A DNA stretch of 64,000 nucleotides from contig JAZSEY010000020.1 of assembly GCA_045531905.1 (NCBI GenBank), forward strand, positions 82,020-146,019. The letters run 5' to 3'. Positions 20,431 to 29,690 of this stretch are shown here, piece by piece (within the stretch, counting starts at the first letter, position 1; each line of letters begins with the position of its first letter). This DNA comes from Lachnospiraceae bacterium (GTDB taxonomy: Bacteria; Bacillota; Clostridia; Lachnospirales; Lachnospiraceae). Position numbers and translations under genes: made by a program. The notes beneath the pieces were generated by a model. It was not told where the DNA came from. It saw only the letters and a list, made by a program, of their open reading frames with translations, and searched no databases.

Positions 20431-21786
20431 ATGCAAAGAGAACGTTTAGGTAGCCGATTAGGCTTCATTTTATTAAGTGCCGGATGTGCAATTGGAATTG
20501 GAAATGTATGGAAATTTCCATATATGGTAGGACAGTATGGCGGCGGCGCTTTTGTTCTGTTATATCTATTATTTCTAATTGTGCTTGGTGTTCCGGTTCT
20601 CACCATGGAGTTTTCTATGGGACGTGCCAGCCAGAAGAGTGTGGTCCGAATGTATGACCCCTTAGAGAAAAAGGGTAGTAAATGGCATTTGCATGGATAT
20701 GTTGGCATGATAGGAAGTTATTTGTTGATGATGTTTTACACAACAGTAGCTGGTTGGATGTTACGTTACTTTGTGGATACGGCAACGGGCAAATATGATG
20801 GTTTGGATGCAGCAGGTGTTAAATCGGCGTTTAATCAGTTACAGGCAGAACCAGTACCGATGATGTTATATACATTTATTGCTATTGCCATTGGATTTGG
20901 TGTTTGCTCTATCGGTGTGCAAAAAGGTTTGGAACGTGTTACGAAGGTTATGATGGTGGCCTTATTGGTTATCATGGTGGTGTTAGCAGTTAACAGTATC
21001 TTTTTAAAAGGCGGACAGGAAGGCCTTGCATTTTATCTATTACCTGACTTTGAGAGAATGAAGGCAATCGGTATAACAGAAGTCATTACAGGTGCTATGT
21101 GCCAGGCGTTCTTTACACTGAGCCTTGGTATGGGTAGCATGGCAATTTTTGGAAGTTATATCGACAAGGAACGCTCATTGATGGGAGAAGCTGTGAATGT
21201 GTCTTTGCTAGATACATTTGTTGCATTTACATCAGGCTTGATTATGTTTCCGGCATGCTTTGCCTACGGTGTTGAAGTAGATAGTGGTCCAAGTTTGATA
21301 TTCATTACGCTCCCAAATATCTTTAATAATCTATCCATGGGAAGACTTTGGGGAAGTTTGTTTTTTGTATTTATGTCCTTTGCGGCATTGTCCACAGTGT
21401 TGGCAGTATTTGAATTGATTATTGCCTGTTGTATGGATTTATTTGGCTGGAGTAGAAAGAAGGCTTGTTTGATGAATTTCATTTTGATGTGTATTCTTTC
21501 ATTGCCTTGTGTATTAGGCTTTAATGTATTAAGTGGTATCCATCCATTGGGCGGTTCCAGTACAATTTTGGATTTAGAGGATTATATTGTGTCTAATATC
21601 ATTCTGCCTGTTGGTTCGCTGATATTTGTATTATTCTGTACGAGCCGATATGGATGGGGATGGGACAAGTTTGTTGCTGAGGCAAATGAAGGAAAAGGGC
21701 TGAAAGTCGCAAAATGGATGCGCCCATATATGACCTATGTGTTACCTCTCATTGTAATTGGCGTGTTGATTGTAAGTTTATTCTAG
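20431..21786 (+). CDS. Sodium-dependent transporter, neurotransmitter:sodium symporter (SNF/NSS) family
   Basis: The N-terminus GFILLSAGCAIGIGNVWKFPYMVGQYGGGAFVLLYL is diagnostic for the family. Confidence 0.85.
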   Translation: MQRERLGSRLGFILLSAGCAIGIGNVWKFPYMVGQYGGGAFVLLYLLFLIVLGVPVLTMEFSMGRASQKSVVRMYDPLEKKGSKWHLHGYVGMIGSYLLMMFYTTVAGWMLRYFVDTATGKYDGLDAAGVKSAFNQLQAEPVPMMLYTFIAIAIGFGVCSIGVQKGLERVTKVMMVALLVIMVVLAVNSIFLKGGQEGLAFYLLPDFERMKAIGITEVITGAMCQAFFTLSLGMGSMAIFGSYIDKERSLMGEAVNVSLLDTFVAFTSGLIMFPACFAYGVEVDSGPSLIFITLPNIFNNLSMGRLWGSLFFVFMSFAALSTVLAVFELIIACCMDLFGWSRKKACLMNFILMCILSLPCVLGFNVLSGIHPLGGSSTILDLEDYIVSNIILPVGSLIFVLFCTSRYGWGWDKFVAEANEGKGLKVAKWMRPYMTYVLPLIVIGVLIVSLF

Positions 21787-21790
21787 AGAT

Positions 21791-22291
21791 TTGAGGGATA
21801 GAAATATGCAAGCAGATAAAATGTTGATTAGACGGGCAGAGAAGAAGGATATTTCAGGCATTAATAACTTGTTGTATCAGGTGCTTATGGTACACCATAA
21901 CGGAAGACCGGATTTATTTAAGGCTGGTGGAAAGAAGTATACAGATGAACAGTTAGCTGCCATCATTGCAGATGATACAAAGCCCATATTTGTTTGTGTA
22001 GATGATGAGAACACTGTGTTAGGTTATGCCTTTTGCATTTACCAACAGAATGTGAATGATGAAATTTTAACAGACATCAAGACTTTATACATTGATGACT
22101 TGTGTGTAGACGAAAAACTACGGGGAAAGCATATTGGGAAAATGCTCTATGAACATGTGCTTCATTTTGCAAAACAGGAGCAGTTCTACAATGTTACTTT
22201 AAATGTGTGGGCTTGTAATGAAAGTGCCATGAAGTTCTATGAAGCATGTGGATTGGTTCCGCAAAAGATAGGTATGGAAAAAGTATTGTAG
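21791..22291 (+). CDS. GNAT family N-acetyltransferase
   Basis: CoA-binding motif LCVDEKLRGKHIGKMLYEHV. Confidence 0.7.
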   Translation: MRDRNMQADKMLIRRAEKKDISGINNLLYQVLMVHHNGRPDLFKAGGKKYTDEQLAAIIADDTKPIFVCVDDENTVLGYAFCIYQQNVNDEILTDIKTLYIDDLCVDEKLRGKHIGKMLYEHVLHFAKQEQFYNVTLNVWACNESAMKFYEACGLVPQKIGMEKVL

Positions 22292-22294
22292 CAA

Positions 22295-22342
22295 AAATAT
22301 AAAGGGATAGATTTACAAAGGTAAATCTATCCCTATTTTTTA
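22295..22342. terminator. Bidirectional terminator between convergent genes
   Basis: AGGGATAGATTTAC-aaag-GTAAATCTATCCCT is flanked by an A-run upstream and a T-run downstream. The minus-strand gene's stop codon abuts it. Confidence 0.6.
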
Positions 22343-24244
22343 GCGTTTCTTCTTTACCACACTGCTGAATTTTCCAGCATATGTTTTGTCAGATTTCCAA
22401 AATGCTCTTACTTTATAGTAGTATGTCTTTCCTTTTTTTGCCTTTTTGTCGGTGTAGGTGAGTTTTCCATTTTTGACGGTGCCAATCTTTTTGTATGTTC
22501 CATTTTTGGATTCTGCACGATATACTTGATAACCGTCAGCACCAAAGGTAGCAGACCAGGTAAGCTTAAGACCACCACTTGCTTTCTTGACTTTCAAACC
22601 AGTAACATTGTTGTTGGTTGGTCTGGCAATCATGACATTTCCCATCTGCCAACCAAAGTATTTATTCCTAGCTACGGTTACGCAGGTGGCATTACCCTGA
22701 TACATATCTACATGATAAATACCCATAAAACGACCATTATTCGCACCAGTTTCAAATACTAAATCACCCGGCAACAATTTGCTGGTATCCACGGTTCCAG
22801 AGTAAATCATATATCCGTTTTCTACACACCATTTTGCCATGTCGGCAGCAGTAGGTGCCCAATTTTTGTTTGGTCCCACATAAGTTTTTCCAGATGCATA
22901 AGAACGCCATACAAAAGAACTACAATCATAATATCCATCTTGCATACGTTTAGCCTGAGAGTATGTAGAATCAAAATGCTTTCTTGCGTAAAGTAAAGCT
23001 GTTACGGCTTTTTTACTGGTAACACCCACGCGGTAGGTCAGTACTACATCTCCGACAGTTGCTGTAATGTTAGTTTCGCCAAGCCCCTTGGCTTTAATTT
23101 TGCCAGACTTGCTAACAGTAGCAACCTTTTTATCATCTGTGACATACTTAACAGTATCTGTTGACTTCACACCTTTGATGGTTAGTGTAACCGTTTCCCC
23201 TTTTGCCATGACAATCATACTGTTACTGCACCAGGTTTTCATGCTTTCATCGCAAATAGAGCGTTTGTGTCGCTTAAAATACAACTTGCGGACATCTACG
23301 GAAATGGTCATCGTTTTGCCATCCACAATTAGTGTGATGGTATAGTTACCGGTTTTCTTTGGATATAAATACAATGTAGCGGAGGTTTCTCCGTACCAAA
23401 TACTTGGTTCGTTGCACAATAAGTTTTCACTGGATGAGGTTAACTGAATTGTAGAGTCATCACAAATTCCTGAAAGTGTAATGGAATTATTATCGCAACT
23501 ATAACTACCATCTTCCATTTCCCAGGCGTTATAAATGTTTAAGCCAATTACAGATTTGTCCAAAACTGGATCTGTGATTGTATAATGTGCCGTTCCAGTT
23601 GCAGTTCCGCCATAAATATCTGTAATGGTTGCCGTAATGGTTACTTCTCCAGTGCTGATACCAACAATATTTCCCATGGCATCAACAGATGCGATTGTTG
23701 GATCTGAACTAGTCCACTGTACCGCGGAGATACGAGTAGGATCTGTGAAAGGTAATGTAGTCGTTATATCCTTTGCAATAATGTAGGATGATTCATTCCA
23801 TGTGATTAAGTCGCTACAATCTAGAGTTAGCATGAAAGTAACATCGATAGGGTAGTACTCATTATTTTGGAAAGTATAAGCATAAGTTTGTCCTGCTGTC
23901 AATTCATAGGTCATAGTCATAGAATAATCAATAGAGTTGCTACAGTTAGAGCCGACGTAGAATTCCTGACCAGTTGTGGTATCTACTAAGTCCAAGTAGC
24001 CCCAAACCTCACCAGTTGCGGTAGCGTTTAATATGTAAGTTCCGGTTGCTGTAGGGGTAAAGTAGTAGGTTTTTGAATCATAGGAATAGGTTTCATAATC
24101 ATACCCTGTGAGAGTGATGGTATGAGTTTGTCCAAGTACCAGATATTCCATTGCCTCTCCTTCAGCAAAGGCATAGGAAAACGTACTCATAACAAGCAGT
24201 AATGTAAGAAAAAATGTTTTCAAAACTCGTTTCATTCTGTTCAC
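22340..24244 (-). CDS. Secreted multidomain cell-wall hydrolase carrying Big_2 Ig-like domains, an NlpC/P60 catalytic domain and a C-terminal Fn3-like domain
   Basis: A signal peptide is present. The Big_2 motif is SAVQWTSSDPTIASVDAMGNIVGISTGEVTITATI. The NlpC/P60 catalytic Cys sits in YYDCSSFVWRSY, with His in IYHVDMY. Confidence 0.7.
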   Translation of the reverse strand: MNRMKRVLKTFFLTLLLVMSTFSYAFAEGEAMEYLVLGQTHTITLTGYDYETYSYDSKTYYFTPTATGTYILNATATGEVWGYLDLVDTTTGQEFYVGSNCSNSIDYSMTMTYELTAGQTYAYTFQNNEYYPIDVTFMLTLDCSDLITWNESSYIIAKDITTTLPFTDPTRISAVQWTSSDPTIASVDAMGNIVGISTGEVTITATITDIYGGTATGTAHYTITDPVLDKSVIGLNIYNAWEMEDGSYSCDNNSITLSGICDDSTIQLTSSSENLLCNEPSIWYGETSATLYLYPKKTGNYTITLIVDGKTMTISVDVRKLYFKRHKRSICDESMKTWCSNSMIVMAKGETVTLTIKGVKSTDTVKYVTDDKKVATVSKSGKIKAKGLGETNITATVGDVVLTYRVGVTSKKAVTALLYARKHFDSTYSQAKRMQDGYYDCSSFVWRSYASGKTYVGPNKNWAPTAADMAKWCVENGYMIYSGTVDTSKLLPGDLVFETGANNGRFMGIYHVDMYQGNATCVTVARNKYFGWQMGNVMIARPTNNNVTGLKVKKASGGLKLTWSATFGADGYQVYRAESKNGTYKKIGTVKNGKLTYTDKKAKKGKTYYYKVRAFWKSDKTYAGKFSSVVKKKR

Positions 24245-24410
24245 CTCATATCTTTCGTAAGCATATACATATTATGCTAAAATTAACAAATATCGTCAAG
24301 AATTATTGTAATGGAAACAGATAAAAAGGCGTGCAAATACAGTCATTATATAGTATAATAGAACACAGTAGTGACATATAAATTGTCACAATCATAATAA
24401 CGAAAGGATA

Positions 24411-25247
24411 ATGCATATGAACAAGCTAGATTTACAGAAAAAAGCTGTTGAAGTTCGCAAGGGTATCGTTTCTTCTGTACACAGTGCAAAGGCAGGACAT
24501 CCAGGTGGCTCTTTATCGGCAGCTGACATTTTTACTTATTTATACTTTGAAGAGATGAATATTGACCCTGCGAATCCTAAGGACGAGAATCGCGACAGAT
24601 TCGTGTTATCTAAAGGACATACAGCGCCAGGCTTATATTCGGCTTTAGCCAATCGTGGATTTTTCCCAGTAGAGGATTTGTTGACACTTCGTCATACCGG
24701 TTCTTATTTACAGGGACATCCGGATATGAAGCACATTCCAGGTGTGGATATGTCATCAGGTTCGTTAGGACAGGGCTTATCTGTGGCAGTCGGTATGGCA
24801 CTTGCTGCAAAGATGTCTGGTAAGGATTACAGAACTTATTGTCTTTGCGGTGATGGTGAGATTCAGGAAGGACAGATTTGGGAAGCAGCGATGTTTGCCG
24901 GTCACAGAAAGTTAGATAATTTAGTAGTCATTGTAGATAACAACAATTTACAGATTGATGGAACTGTAGAAGAAGTATGTTCTCCATATCCAATCGATGA
25001 AAAGTTTACTGCATTTGGTTTCCATGTGATTAATATCAATGGCAATGATTTCGATGAGATTGACAAAGCGTTTGCAGAGGCTAAGGCAACCAAGGGTATG
25101 CCGACAGCGATTGTTGCTCATACTGTTAAGGGTAAGGGCGTTTCCTTCATGGAGAATCAGGCAAGCTGGCATGGTACAGCGCCAAATGATGAGCAGTATG
25201 CTATTGCAATGGAAGAGTTAGGAAAGGTAGGTGACGCATTATGTTAG
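24411..25247 (+). CDS. Transketolase, N-terminal (TPP-binding) subunit
   Basis: Contains GHPGGSLSAADIF, GHTAPGLY and the GDGE..EG motif typical of split transketolases. Confidence 0.9.
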   Translation: MHMNKLDLQKKAVEVRKGIVSSVHSAKAGHPGGSLSAADIFTYLYFEEMNIDPANPKDENRDRFVLSKGHTAPGLYSALANRGFFPVEDLLTLRHTGSYLQGHPDMKHIPGVDMSSGSLGQGLSVAVGMALAAKMSGKDYRTYCLCGDGEIQEGQIWEAAMFAGHRKLDNLVVIVDNNNLQIDGTVEEVCSPYPIDEKFTAFGFHVININGNDFDEIDKAFAEAKATKGMPTAIVAHTVKGKGVSFMENQASWHGTAPNDEQYAIAMEELGKVGDALC

Positions 25248-26176
25248 GAGATAAGATTGCAACAAGAGACAGTTATGGTAATGCGTTAGTAGCTTTAGGT
25301 CAGGAACATGACAATTTAGTTGTGTTAGATGCAGACCTTGCAGCAGCCACAAAGACTGGTATTTTTAAGAAAGCATTTCCAGAAAGACATATTGATTGTG
25401 GTATCGCCGAGGCGAATATGACAGGTATTGCAGCCGGTTTGGCTACTTGTGGTTATGTTCCATTTGCAAGTTCATTTGCTATGTTCTCAGCTGGACGAGC
25501 ATTTGAGCAGGTAAGAAATGCCATCGGTTATCCAAAGTTGAATGTAAAGATTGGTGCAACACATGCAGGTATTTCAGTAGGTGAGGACGGCGCAACGCAT
25601 CAGTGTAACGAGGATATCGCTTTGATGAGAACCATCCCTGGCATGGTGATTATCAATCCTAGCGATGATGTAGAAGCAAAGGCTGCAGTAAAGGCGGCAT
25701 ACGAGCATGTTGGACCTTGCTATTTGAGATTTGGTCGTCTCGCAGTGCCTGTTATCAATGATGAGACAACATATAAGTTTGAGATTGGTAAAGGCGTAGA
25801 GCTTCGCGATGGTAAGGACTTGACAATTATTGCAACAGGTCTTCCAGTGTCTGAGTCATTAGAGGCTGCTAAGATGTTGGCGGCTGACGGTATTGAAGCA
25901 CAGGTTATCAATATTCATACCATCAAACCTTTAGATGAGGAAATTGTAGTCGCTGCAGCAAAGAAGACTGGTAAGATTTTCACTGTAGAGGAACATTCTA
26001 TTATCGGTGGACTTGGTAGTGCCGTATCAGAAGTGTTAGCAGAGAAGTGCCCAACAAAGGTTACTCGTATTGGTGTAAGAGATACCTTTGGTGAGTCTGG
26101 TCCAGCAAAAGAGTTGTTGCACAAGTATGAATTAGATGCAGAGGGCATTTATAAGCAGATTAAGGCAGCACTTTAA
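25241..26176 (+). CDS. Transketolase, C-terminal (pyrimidine-binding) subunit
   Basis: Contains IAEANMTGIAAGLA and FSAGRAFEQVRNAIGYP. The start overlaps the N-terminal subunit's stop. Confidence 0.9.
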   Translation: MLGDKIATRDSYGNALVALGQEHDNLVVLDADLAAATKTGIFKKAFPERHIDCGIAEANMTGIAAGLATCGYVPFASSFAMFSAGRAFEQVRNAIGYPKLNVKIGATHAGISVGEDGATHQCNEDIALMRTIPGMVIINPSDDVEAKAAVKAAYEHVGPCYLRFGRLAVPVINDETTYKFEIGKGVELRDGKDLTIIATGLPVSESLEAAKMLAADGIEAQVINIHTIKPLDEEIVVAAAKKTGKIFTVEEHSIIGGLGSAVSEVLAEKCPTKVTRIGVRDTFGESGPAKELLHKYELDAEGIYKQIKAAL

Positions 26177-26183
26177 AATTTGA

Positions 26184-26212
26184 TTGACAAACATTTCCCT
26201 TGCAGTTACAAT
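26184..26212 (+). promoter_or_regulatory. Sigma-A promoter for the mntP leader
   Basis: TTGACA (26184-26189), a 17-nt spacer, then TACAAT (26207-26212). Confidence 0.5.
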
Positions 26213-26221
26213 GAACATACT

Positions 26222-26360
26222 GTTTACGAGGGAGTAGTCGGTACATTTTTTAGGAATGTATAATATTATCGACATACTGGTGGTTAGGCACCCGGTAATA
26301 TTTTAAATGATGAGACTTGAAGACGGCTTATTTTGGCTGTCTTTAGGTCTCTTTTTCTTT
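26222..26360 (+). ncRNA. Candidate yybP-ykoY (Mn2+) riboswitch in the mntP leader
   Basis: GAGGGAGTAG (26228-26237) and CGACATAC (26270-26277) resemble conserved yybP-ykoY blocks. A terminator-like hairpin GACGGC-ttattttg-GCTGTC plus a T-run precedes the mntP RBS. Confidence 0.45.
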
Positions 26361-26428
26361 GCAATGTAGGACAACATGTGAACAATGCTTATTCGTGACA
26401 GGATTTGTGAACATAGGAGGCAAAATAA

Positions 26429-26991
26429 TGAATGTATTTGAATTGTTCGTGTTAGCGATTGGGCTGGCCATGGACGCATTTGCTGTGTCCATTTGTAAGG
26501 GATTATCCTTGGGAGAGATTAACAAAAAGCATATGTGCATCGCTGGAGCATGGTTTGGTGGATTTCAGGCCTTGATGCCTGCAATAGGCTTTTTCTTGGG
26601 TAGTTTTTTTGCGAATATCATCACGAAGATAGATCATTGGATTGCATTTGGCTTGCTCACTATTATTGGTGGGAATATGTTGCTGGAATCATTAGGAAAA
26701 GAAGAAGAGGAACTTGATAGTTCCATGACAGCAAAGACCATGTTTGTATTGGCAATCGCCACTAGTATTGATGCTTTAGCAGTGGGAGTTACCTTTGCAT
26801 TTATGAAGGTGAATATCTGGATTGCGGTAACCTTTATCGGTGTGGTTACCTTCATTTGTTCCGCAGTAGGTGTGAAGATAGGCAGCGTCTTTGGTGCGAA
26901 ATACAAGTCTAAAGCAGAGTTCTTTGGTGGCGTGGTGCTTATTATTATTGGTGCGAAGATATTGCTGGAAGGACTGGGCGTAATAGCATAA
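26429..26991 (+). CDS. mntP: Manganese efflux pump MntP
   Basis: The N-terminus is MNVFELFVLAIGLAMDAFAVSICKGLSL, and the duplicated DUF204 half also contains an LAVG-type motif. Start adjusted to the ATG carrying an AGGAGG ribosome-binding site. Confidence 0.85.
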
Positions 26992-27215
26992 AAAGAGTAC
27001 AAGCGTTACGGCGAGATGCTTTCGCTCGCAAAATACGTAACGGTACATAATTGGTCTGTCACACAAATTTTGTGTGGCAGACCAATAAGTACCGACGTAT
27101 TTTGAGGCTCGCCTCTAACACTTGTACTCTTTTTGTTAGTTGTGCGTGGAATGCATAATTAGCACATGAAACACTAATACATTCTATACAACAAAAATAA
27201 GATGATGTTGCATGA
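26991..27215. repeat. Palindromic intergenic element 2. It is a perfect ~140-bp palindrome carrying the CAAAATACGT unit, joined to the family's right terminal module.
   Basis: AAAAGAGTACAAGCGTTACGG...CTAACACTTGTACTCTTTTT with centre GGTCTGTCACACAAATTTTGTGTGGCAGACC. It is followed by CACTAATACATTCTATACAACAAAAATAAGATGATGTTGCATGAAC. Confidence 0.6.
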
Positions 27216-27279
27216 ACTATATCCCTTTCAGATAACCGTACACACTCTATAAAATATGTATTAACACACATCTTCCTAG

Positions 27280-28239
27280 CTATATAAATAGGTGCTTCTG
27301 CCTCCGCAATCGCATTTTTACCTGTTCTAGGAACCGTTCATTGCCGAGTACCTCTATCATAGGTCCGAAGGCGAGTATTTCGATTAGGAGTTCTGTTTCC
27401 ATTTTCTGATTATAGTAGATGAGACACTCATAAGTGTTGTCATCTATTTTTTTTGTGTTCTTTTCGTAATTGGCAAATTGGAGCATGGCACGTTCTAATG
27501 CATTTCTATCGTTGTGGATTAGGAGTCTGACTGGCTCCTTATAGTAACTTTCTCGAATACTTTTATTGATGTCCGGTAATTTGTCAACGTATTCTTCTAG
27601 TAGGGCAACTTCTTTCATGCGGTCGAGATTGAGAATTTCAACCCGTGCTAAATTGTCTCCCTTTACTGTGCCAAGCAGACGGAACTTGTCATTTTTGATG
27701 GAATATTCTAACCGGCATGGCAGATAATGATGATGTACCCGATGATGTAGTTTTGACTCATACGAAATATCAAGATATTCACGCTTTTCGATTGCTGTTA
27801 TAATGGTGCGAAAATGCCGAATATAGTCAGCGTCCTCGTAAGGGTCTCTATTGGTGTAACGGTCATAATAGTAAAAGTCCCCAGTTTGCCATAAAGGCAC
27901 GACATCTTGAAATATCTGCAACAACGCTTCTATATCTGCTGTATCTAGGAATAATGGCATTTTGGAATCTAGAAGAATTGTTTTTATATATGCTTGTTGT
28001 AACTTAGTAAGTGGTACATAAAAGTTCTCGGACAGCTTGGAAACATAAATATCATCATCCCGGTGAAAGAAATCCCATTCACCCTGAGTTAATTTTGGAA
28101 TCAGGTAAAGCAGGCTTTCTTCGTAGCCATCATTCTCAATCCGAAGGCGCAAATCTTCCAAAGAGATGGCAGAGTTATCCTGTAATATGTGTTTCATAAT
28201 CTGATAATAGCAATTATAGATTTCTGAGAATAATTCCAT
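27280..28239 (-). CDS. Hypothetical protein that may contain a WYL domain
   Basis: A 319-aa protein. The segment PCRLEYSIKNDKFRLLG....ARVEILNLDRM loosely resembles the WYL core (WYL...R.FRLDRI). Confidence 0.4.
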   Translation of the reverse strand: MELFSEIYNCYYQIMKHILQDNSAISLEDLRLRIENDGYEESLLYLIPKLTQGEWDFFHRDDDIYVSKLSENFYVPLTKLQQAYIKTILLDSKMPLFLDTADIEALLQIFQDVVPLWQTGDFYYYDRYTNRDPYEDADYIRHFRTIITAIEKREYLDISYESKLHHRVHHHYLPCRLEYSIKNDKFRLLGTVKGDNLARVEILNLDRMKEVALLEEYVDKLPDINKSIRESYYKEPVRLLIHNDRNALERAMLQFANYEKNTKKIDDNTYECLIYYNQKMETELLIEILAFGPMIEVLGNERFLEQVKMRLRRQKHLFI

Positions 28240-28256
28240 TCTGTGTTCCTTTCCAG

Positions 28257-29489
28257 TTAGATGTCATACATGGCAAACATCGTTTCCATATCATGATTAA
28301 AGGTTTTTTCTAAACACTTAGAATCACATTCCAATTTGAGAATGCGTCCTGTAAATGTCCGAATCCACGGAAGCATTTCGCCACTGTCAAAAACTTCCGT
28401 CTCAAAGGTGTAGGTGTCAGGGGCAATTTTGGTAATCCTGCCACCCTTTCCTTCCCGTTCTAATCGCTCAACAATGTGCATTTCTGAGGATTCCCGTATA
28501 TGTAATGTCAGTTTGATTTTTTCTGTGTGAGTATTTCCGCTGTTTTGAAAAGTAACGCCCCATAAATATCTATGGTTTCTATGTAGAGACTCTCTAAGTT
28601 CGTCATAGTTTTCCGAAACTTCCAGCATAATAACCTCTTTGACGGCATCTAGACGAAGACAGGTGAAATGTCTGGTGGTTGTCAGATACATACATAAAAA
28701 ACGTCTTCCGGTTCTGGTGCTGGTAAATATTTGAAGTGGAACGCCCATCATCGTGCTTTCCTGCCCACTCTTTGAACCGCGAATCATGGTACGGATATAC
28801 CTCTTTTTTTGTATGGCTTCCAAAATAACAAGTAATACCTCGTCCTCCAGAGTATGAGCAAAGAAGCTATGTTTTACCCGAAAAGTATCATTTTGGGCAG
28901 AAAGATTATCTAAAATCGTGTTGCCAATGATACCAAAGGGCGCACTGATTTGATAGTGCTTGAGGGCGGCAATCAGCATAGGATATTTCGCTGCCACATC
29001 TGCAAAGTCAGACTCTTTAAAGTAAAGCAAATCTTTTCCGGACTTTTCTTTTCTTAGAAGTCCTTCTTTCGCATAGGCATTGCATTTTCGGCGAACGGTC
29101 TGCACATCAAATACCACATCGTAAGTATTCAAGATTCCATCCGTCAGTTCTTCTGCTGTGAAACCTTCATCATAAGACAGATAATCCAGAATATAAAAAT
29201 GCAATAGGATATCATTGTCTGTAAAACTTTTCGTCTTCCATACGCGATATAAGGGATTGGTGTCTAATAAGTTGCTGTCGATGGCAAGAGAAATGTTTTT
29301 TCCTTTTTCGGTGTAGTCCTGTTGCACAAATTCACCGAGCCAACTTTCCAAACGGCGACGTTCGTTGTCGTAGGTTCTGGCACTTTTTCCTTTGAATTCA
29401 TCTCGTGTCTTAAATCCATATACAAAGAAGTCACGGACATATTCTCTTGTTTTTGGGAAACTTTTAATTAGTTCTTTAAATTCAGACAT
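28257..29489 (-). CDS. Hypothetical protein that may be an HTH-WYL-type regulator. It is divergent from rtcB.
   Basis: A 410-aa protein. The N-terminal region has HTH-like character (KSARTYDNERRRLESWL). A central segment, GRRFLCMYLTTTRHFTCLRLDAVKEV, resembles the WYL motif. Confidence 0.4.
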   Translation of the reverse strand: MSEFKELIKSFPKTREYVRDFFVYGFKTRDEFKGKSARTYDNERRRLESWLGEFVQQDYTEKGKNISLAIDSNLLDTNPLYRVWKTKSFTDNDILLHFYILDYLSYDEGFTAEELTDGILNTYDVVFDVQTVRRKCNAYAKEGLLRKEKSGKDLLYFKESDFADVAAKYPMLIAALKHYQISAPFGIIGNTILDNLSAQNDTFRVKHSFFAHTLEDEVLLVILEAIQKKRYIRTMIRGSKSGQESTMMGVPLQIFTSTRTGRRFLCMYLTTTRHFTCLRLDAVKEVIMLEVSENYDELRESLHRNHRYLWGVTFQNSGNTHTEKIKLTLHIRESSEMHIVERLEREGKGGRITKIAPDTYTFETEVFDSGEMLPWIRTFTGRILKLECDSKCLEKTFNHDMETMFAMYDI

Positions 29490-29690
29490 ATGGGACTCCT
29501 TTCATTGGTATTGCTTCATTATAACACAAATGTGCAAAAAACAAAGAAACAACCATTTCGATATTTTTTGTGTTCGCAACTTTTTTGAAATGCAAATTTT
29601 TCCAATAAGGATTATGATGACAACATCACAGAGAACAACTGTGAAAGCAACACGAACATTGCACACGTAAAAAGAAGGAGGGAGAAGACA

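Noticed and set aside
26776-27271. Minus-strand ORFs of 96 and 70 aa after mntP
   Set aside because: They overlap the mntP 3' end and the palindromic element 2, have no ribosome-binding sites and have Cys/His/Tyr-rich odd composition. They are spurious.
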